This document shows, piece after piece, positions 59,016 through 64,000 of a stretch of 64,000 bases of DNA. Position 1 is the stretch's first letter; every line of letters begins with the position of its first letter. This DNA comes from an uncultured Prevotella sp. GTDB taxonomy: Bacteria; Bacteroidota; Bacteroidia; Bacteroidales; Bacteroidaceae. The translations under genes and the position numbers were made by a program. The DNA lies in contig CAAGEG010000050.1 in NCBI GenBank assembly GCA_900768785.1, positions 16,057 to 80,056 on the forward strand, written 5' to 3'. The notes under the pieces are model-generated. The model made no database searches. It was given only the letters and a program-made list of their open reading frames with translations, and had not been told where the DNA came from.

Positions 59016-61826
59016 TTAGAGATTGATTTTGAAGCCGGCATTAACCTTAACTCCGTAGTATTCAACCTGCATTGTGCGGTCTTTATGACCTTGATAGTAG
59101 CGCAAAGGTTGGTTCAACAGGTTGTTAGCTTCTGCAAATATGGTGAACTTAGTCTGCTTGCCCCAAGTGTAAGAAGCGTTAAGGTCAAGATAGTTAACCT
59201 TATCATAGTAGCGGTCAAGCTCACGACTGCCTGTGTTCATCTGGTCTATGAAGGACGAAGCAAAGTTGTAAGACAGTCTGACATTAATACCTTTGTTCTC
59301 GAAATATAGTGAAGCGTTAGCTGTATGTTCAGGAGAGCCTGCCATTTTCACGTCATCACCATCTTCTATACCCAATCTTGAGTTGTAGTTGCGTGTAGTT
59401 GAGTGAGTGTAAGTATAGTTGCCGTAGAAGCCGAGACAGCGTAGGGCAGGGCAGATAAAGCCGAAATCACGTTGATAAGCAGCCTCTATACCAAATACGC
59501 GAGCGTCATAAGCATTCATGTTTTGTGTCACTTCAAAGGTCTCGCTATTGCCTGTAAGACCCAGTTCTTCGCCTGTATAGTATCCGAGAGTCTCTATATT
59601 GACATTCTTAACATCTTTGTAGAACAGTCCGAGACTTACCATACCGATGCTCTTGAAATAGTGGTCGATAGACAAATCAAAGTTCCAGGCTGTTGTAGGT
59701 TTGATGTTCGGGTCACCCATAGTAGCTTCTTGGTCTGCAAGGTTAAAGCTTTTGTTAGCCACGAGAGCCGAATATTTGGGTCGAGACAAAGTCTTGGTGA
59801 TAGACGCTCTGATGCTTCCCGATTCGCTCATCTTATATTTCAACAGCAAACTCGGCAAAAGATTGGTGTAGTTGTTCTTATATTCACCTGTCGGAACAAG
59901 TGATTCGTTCTCGTTTTCATCCATAGTATAGTTAACACCACTGGTTTTCAGACGTGTGTTTTCAATACGCAGACCTATTGTAGCGTCGAGTTTCTTGCCG
60001 AGTTTCTGGTCAAGACGAATATAACCCGCATGTATCTGTTCCGTTGCCTTATAGTTGCCTGCCTCTTCTTCCAAGAGTTCCACACCGTCGGCTTTGTCAA
60101 AGTTGAGGCTACCCATGTATTCTTTGCTCACAAACTGTGTGCCAATAGGGTAGAGACTTCCCGGCATGAAGTCTTTGCGCACCTCATTAACGAGATTATC
60201 TTTCCAATCGGCAATGTATTTGTCAGCAGCATCGCTATAGTCATAATATTCAGTATTACGCTTTTTGTCTTTGTATGTGTATTTGTAACCAAATTTCAGA
60301 GTATTGCCGAAAAGACCTTTTGACAGAGGCAATGTGAAGTTTATGCGCTCTTTAAACTCATTTTCCTGTATTGATTGGTCAGAGTTTGTAAACTCATCTA
60401 TCTTCCATTTGCCCTCTTCAAACGAAGGAATGGTTAATGTTGAGTAAGGTTGCTTGCCACCAATGTTAACAAAAGACTCTCCGAAATTCAAGCTGTTGCT
60501 GCCTTTAAGTTTAAGTCCGATGTAGCGTTCGTTAGGACGGTCTTCGGTAGCTCGTGAATAGCTTGAAGCCCAATCCACTTTCAAGTTGCCGAAATTGTGC
60601 TCTCCGTCAAGTGTAAAGTCCATAGTCTGCTGTCTTTCCAAACGTGCATCCTTGTTGTCATCAGAGCCTGCCTTAGTCTGAATTACAACACTCTGGTCTT
60701 TGGCATCAGAGTTTAGCTTCTTGTAGCTTATGCGATAGCGGTTCTCCCAGTCGTTGCGACGGTTGTATATACCTTTAAACGAAATTTTGTGTAATGGATT
60801 AAACACGTAGTCAAGCGACAATGAGTAGCTTTGTCTTTCACGTGTGACATAATATTGGCGTACTTGAGCCTCTTTGAGCTGTACTTCGCCATTCTTTTCC
60901 TCATATTCAAACTCGGTATTGTCAGAGCCACCGGGAGCATATTGGTAAGAAGCACTTGCCATAATGCCTAATTTGTTGTTGAAAAAACGGTCTCCCCATG
61001 TACCACCAATGTTCCATTGAGGCTTTTCAGATATCCATGTGTAACCTGAAGAACCGGTAAAGTTGAGCACTCTGCGGTAAGGAGTGTTCTTTGTGACAAG
61101 GTTTATGGCACCTCCAATGGCATCTCCGTCCATGTCGGAAGTAACAACCTTAGACACTTCTATTGTTTGTATCATGTCAGCAGGTATAAGGTCAAGCTGC
61201 ACATTACGTGTATCACCTTCGGCAGAAGGCAATCTGTTGCCATTAACCGTAACAGATGTAAGGTCGGCACTTGTTCCTCTCACTTGTCCGAAGCGGGCTT
61301 CACCCTGATCATACTGCACGTTGATACCATTGATACGCTTCAAGGCATCACCAATATTAGAGTCGGGGAACTTGCCCACTTGGTCTGCGCTGACCACGTT
61401 TGTCACACCCATTGCGCCCTTTTGCATTTGTAGAGCTTTGCGCTGACCGGAAAAGGCTCCTTTAACTTTTACTTCGTCGAGTTCAACACCCTCTGTCATC
61501 ACGATATCTGCTACAAGAACACGGTTGCTGCTCGTTACCTGTACCTTTTTATATATAGGATTATAACCTACATAAGTAACTTTCAAGGTGTAAGTACCGG
61601 GCTTGAGGTTCGGCAATTTGTAGAATCCGTTGATATCTGCCGTAACTCCGGTGTGCAAATCTTCTATTTGGATTGTTGCACCGGGCAATGTGTGCTTCTC
61701 GGTATCAGTAACTTGACCGCTAATAATACCTAAACTTGCTTCTTCTGTTACTTCTGCCGCCCACAAGGCTGACAATGTTGTTGAGGCTAAGATAGCCGTA
61801 ACCAATAGTCGTCTAACTGTTTTCAT
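59016..61826 (-). CDS. TonB-dependent receptor
   Basis: Signal peptide, carboxypeptidase-regulatory-like domain, plug (FPDSNIGDALKRINGI..GDAIGGAINLVTK), C-terminal barrel. Confidence 0.92.
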   Translation of the reverse strand: MKTVRRLLVTAILASTTLSALWAAEVTEEASLGIISGQVTDTEKHTLPGATIQIEDLHTGVTADINGFYKLPNLKPGTYTLKVTYVGYNPIYKKVQVTSSNRVLVADIVMTEGVELDEVKVKGAFSGQRKALQMQKGAMGVTNVVSADQVGKFPDSNIGDALKRINGINVQYDQGEARFGQVRGTSADLTSVTVNGNRLPSAEGDTRNVQLDLIPADMIQTIEVSKVVTSDMDGDAIGGAINLVTKNTPYRRVLNFTGSSGYTWISEKPQWNIGGTWGDRFFNNKLGIMASASYQYAPGGSDNTEFEYEEKNGEVQLKEAQVRQYYVTRERQSYSLSLDYVFNPLHKISFKGIYNRRNDWENRYRISYKKLNSDAKDQSVVIQTKAGSDDNKDARLERQQTMDFTLDGEHNFGNLKVDWASSYSRATEDRPNERYIGLKLKGSNSLNFGESFVNIGGKQPYSTLTIPSFEEGKWKIDEFTNSDQSIQENEFKERINFTLPLSKGLFGNTLKFGYKYTYKDKKRNTEYYDYSDAADKYIADWKDNLVNEVRKDFMPGSLYPIGTQFVSKEYMGSLNFDKADGVELLEEEAGNYKATEQIHAGYIRLDQKLGKKLDATIGLRIENTRLKTSGVNYTMDENENESLVPTGEYKNNYTNLLPSLLLKYKMSESGSIRASITKTLSRPKYSALVANKSFNLADQEATMGDPNIKPTTAWNFDLSIDHYFKSIGMVSLGLFYKDVKNVNIETLGYYTGEELGLTGNSETFEVTQNMNAYDARVFGIEAAYQRDFGFICPALRCLGFYGNYTYTHSTTRNYNSRLGIEDGDDVKMAGSPEHTANASLYFENKGINVRLSYNFASSFIDQMNTGSRELDRYYDKVNYLDLNASYTWGKQTKFTIFAEANNLLNQPLRYYQGHKDRTMQVEYYGVKVNAGFKINL

Positions 61827-62002
61827 CTTTAGTTTGTGTAGAATTTACAATCTTTAATTTCTTTATAATAATGTTTATTACCTATTTATATTCTTTTAAT
61901 TTAGTTTGTTATGTGCGTCTAAGCAATGTTTGGCACTTTTAATTTTCCGCTGCAAAAGTAAACAGACCATATTAAGCCGATGTTTCTCTTGTTTTTAGTT
62001 AT

Positions 62003-62031
62003 GTTTACAATATTGTTACAAACATGTTTCA
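62003..62031. promoter_or_regulatory. Pho-box-like 11-bp-period direct repeats in a divergent promoter
   Basis: TTACA 62005, TTACA 62016, TTTCA 62027. Confidence 0.5.
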
Positions 62032-62131
62032 TATCCGTCTTAATGCTTCTTTCATCTTTTCGCAACTTTTTTGAAACATGAAGTGCCGATATTTGCGCCG
62101 TCAATTAATTATAAATAAACCAAACAAAAAG

Positions 62132-63082
62132 ATGAAAAGGATATATTTTAAAAGCGTTCTGATACTTGTATTGTCGTGTATTATAGGCTTTCTTGTGGCT
62201 TCGGCACAGCCTGCCGACCGTTCCATGTTCAAGGGGAAGTTCAATTTTTATGTAGTCAACGACATGGGACGCAATGGTTATTATGACCAAAAGCCAATAG
62301 CCGAACTCATGGGCAACATGGCTGAACAAGGCGCAGACCCTGAATTTGTTGTAGCTTTGGGCGATGTTCATCATTTCAATGGCGTAGAAAGCACGTCAGA
62401 TCCTTTATGGATGACCAACTATGAACTGATATACAGCCATCCGGAACTCATGCTCGACTGGTTCCCTGTATTGGGTAATCATGAATATAGAGGTAACACA
62501 CAGGCTTGTCTTGACTATACCAATATAAGCCGTCGCTGGGAAATGAACAGTCGCTATTATACTAAGGTGTTTGAAGATAAAGGAATGACACTCCGTTTGA
62601 TATGGATTGACACTACACCGATGATGAGTAAATATCGCACGGACAATGATACTTATCCCGATGTAGCATCTCAGGACTATCAAAAACAGCTGGCTTGGCT
62701 TGATTCCGTACTTACTCAAGCCAAAGAAGATTGGGTTGTCGTAATGGGACATCACCCTCTCTATACTGAAACGAGTAAGGATGAAGAAGAGCGACTTGAT
62801 ATGCAAGCAACTGTCGGCAAAGTTCTTTCACGTCATCATGTGGATATGTATATCAACGGACATATACACAACTTTCAACATCTGCGCATAAAAGGTAGCG
62901 ATATTGATTATATCACCAATTCGGCAGCATCACTTTCACGTAAAGTAAAGCCTGTTGAGGGCACCGTTTTTTGTAGTTCCGAACCCGGATTTTCTATTGT
63001 CAGCGCCGACAAATCAAGCCTTGTGTTGAGAATGATAGACAAACAAGGCAATGTGTTGCACACAGTAACGCGCAGCAAATAA
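62132..63082 (+). CDS. Secreted metallophosphoesterase (purple/tartrate-resistant acid phosphatase-like); start placed at MKRIYF
   Basis: DMG, LGDVHH, GNHEY, GHHP, GHIH. Confidence 0.9.
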   Translation: MKRIYFKSVLILVLSCIIGFLVASAQPADRSMFKGKFNFYVVNDMGRNGYYDQKPIAELMGNMAEQGADPEFVVALGDVHHFNGVESTSDPLWMTNYELIYSHPELMLDWFPVLGNHEYRGNTQACLDYTNISRRWEMNSRYYTKVFEDKGMTLRLIWIDTTPMMSKYRTDNDTYPDVASQDYQKQLAWLDSVLTQAKEDWVVVMGHHPLYTETSKDEEERLDMQATVGKVLSRHHVDMYINGHIHNFQHLRIKGSDIDYITNSAASLSRKVKPVEGTVFCSSEPGFSIVSADKSSLVLRMIDKQGNVLHTVTRSK

Positions 63083-63244
63083 ATAAGTTAGTGTTTTGTT
63101 GTAACTATAAAAGGGGAATAGCCTATACTCGATTTAAGGCTTTTCCCCTTTGTTTTTTATTGGTGTTTCGCTTTTTTTTGACTTATCTTTATTGTTTATT
63201 CGTTTTGCGTTGAAGACTTCCGTCTTTGTAAAACAATCTTTCTT

Positions 63245-64000
63245 CTATTCTTTTGTTTTGGTTTTACATCGTGATTGCTCTATAAACTTCAACTCGGTTT
63301 CAAGCATAGATAGACATGGCATGGTAAATCCAACCTTGCGTGCCTCTTCTATCGGTCTCGTATATAGATAGTAGATTTCCATTGGTCGGTGGAAATCATA
63401 GTCAAGTTTCATTGACGGAGAGTAGGGAATCATGTTGAGAGTGCTCTCAATCATCTTGTCGGCAAACGAAGTGTCAATGTTTTTCACACCCAAAGCCTGA
63501 GCGGCTCCTATTACTTCAAGCATCTGTTTGCGTATTAACTCCCTTGTAGGCAAGTGTTCTAACAACTCGTCTGTCTGAGCATTCATAGCAACTGTCATAC
63601 CATTGAACGGCATATTCCACACGGCTTTCTTCCATCTCGCCTCATGATATTCCACTTTTGCGGTCTTTATTCCGGCATTGGTCATATCTGTCACCATTCT
63701 TTCAAACCTTTCAGTATCGTTGCATGAGTAGTTGCCTATGTTTATGCTTCCGTAGAACTGATGATTAATAATGCCCGGTTCGGTCTTAGCCGAACAGATA
63801 AAAGCCAATCCTGCCGCTATTTGCAGGCGTGGAAACTCTCTTTGCAAGTCTTCTTCAACACCTATTCCGTTTTGTATTAGCAACACTATTGTATCTTCTT
63901 TTAATATGGGTGGCAACAACGTTTTTAGGAGACCGTTGTTTACTGATTTCAAAGCCACAATCACTACGTCTGATTTTGGTATATCTTCTGTTGAACAATG
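63245..64000 (-). CDS. panE: 2-dehydropantoate 2-reductase, 5'-truncated by window edge
   Basis: VALKS, LIQNGIG, WKKAVWN, PSMKLD..ME; frame open to window end. Confidence 0.88.
   Translation of the reverse strand, partial: HCSTEDIPKSDVVIVALKSVNNGLLKTLLPPILKEDTIVLLIQNGIGVEEDLQREFPRLQIAAGLAFICSAKTEPGIINHQFYGSINIGNYSCNDTERFERMVTDMTNAGIKTAKVEYHEARWKKAVWNMPFNGMTVAMNAQTDELLEHLPTRELIRKQMLEVIGAAQALGVKNIDTSFADKMIESTLNMIPYSPSMKLDYDFHRPMEIYYLYTRPIEEARKVGFTMPCLSMLETELKFIEQSRCKTKTKE

Overview
Bacteroidales (Prevotella-like) chromosomal window. It is mostly housekeeping and cell-envelope genes: a GH78-GH33 fusion, wcaJ-like, ileS-dksA-lspA, pfp, hisS-purA-fur-dpp3, tilS, ftsK-lolA, groES/EL, amgK/rapZ-murU, guaA, a TonB receptor/phosphatase pair and panE. 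One accessory locus sits at about 36.8-43.05 kb and encodes a 404-aa unknown protein, a BT4734/VirE_N (AEP primase-like) protein, a PriCT-2+DUF3987 primase-helicase, DUF4248, an HU-family protein and a small ORF, with many repeats. Inside the helicase ORF is a symmetric 153-bp origin-like element: 4x9-bp repeats, an AT-rich core with a centred palindrome, then the inverted 4x9-bp repeats. By eye, strand-composition skew flips at about this element, is strongest in the ~10 kb on each side and fades with distance. This suggests a resident, integrase-less replication or DNA-processing module that has long acted on the flanking chromosome. No rRNA, tRNA, CRISPR-Cas, integrase or transposase was recognised. 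All calls are from reading the sequence; no searches were run.
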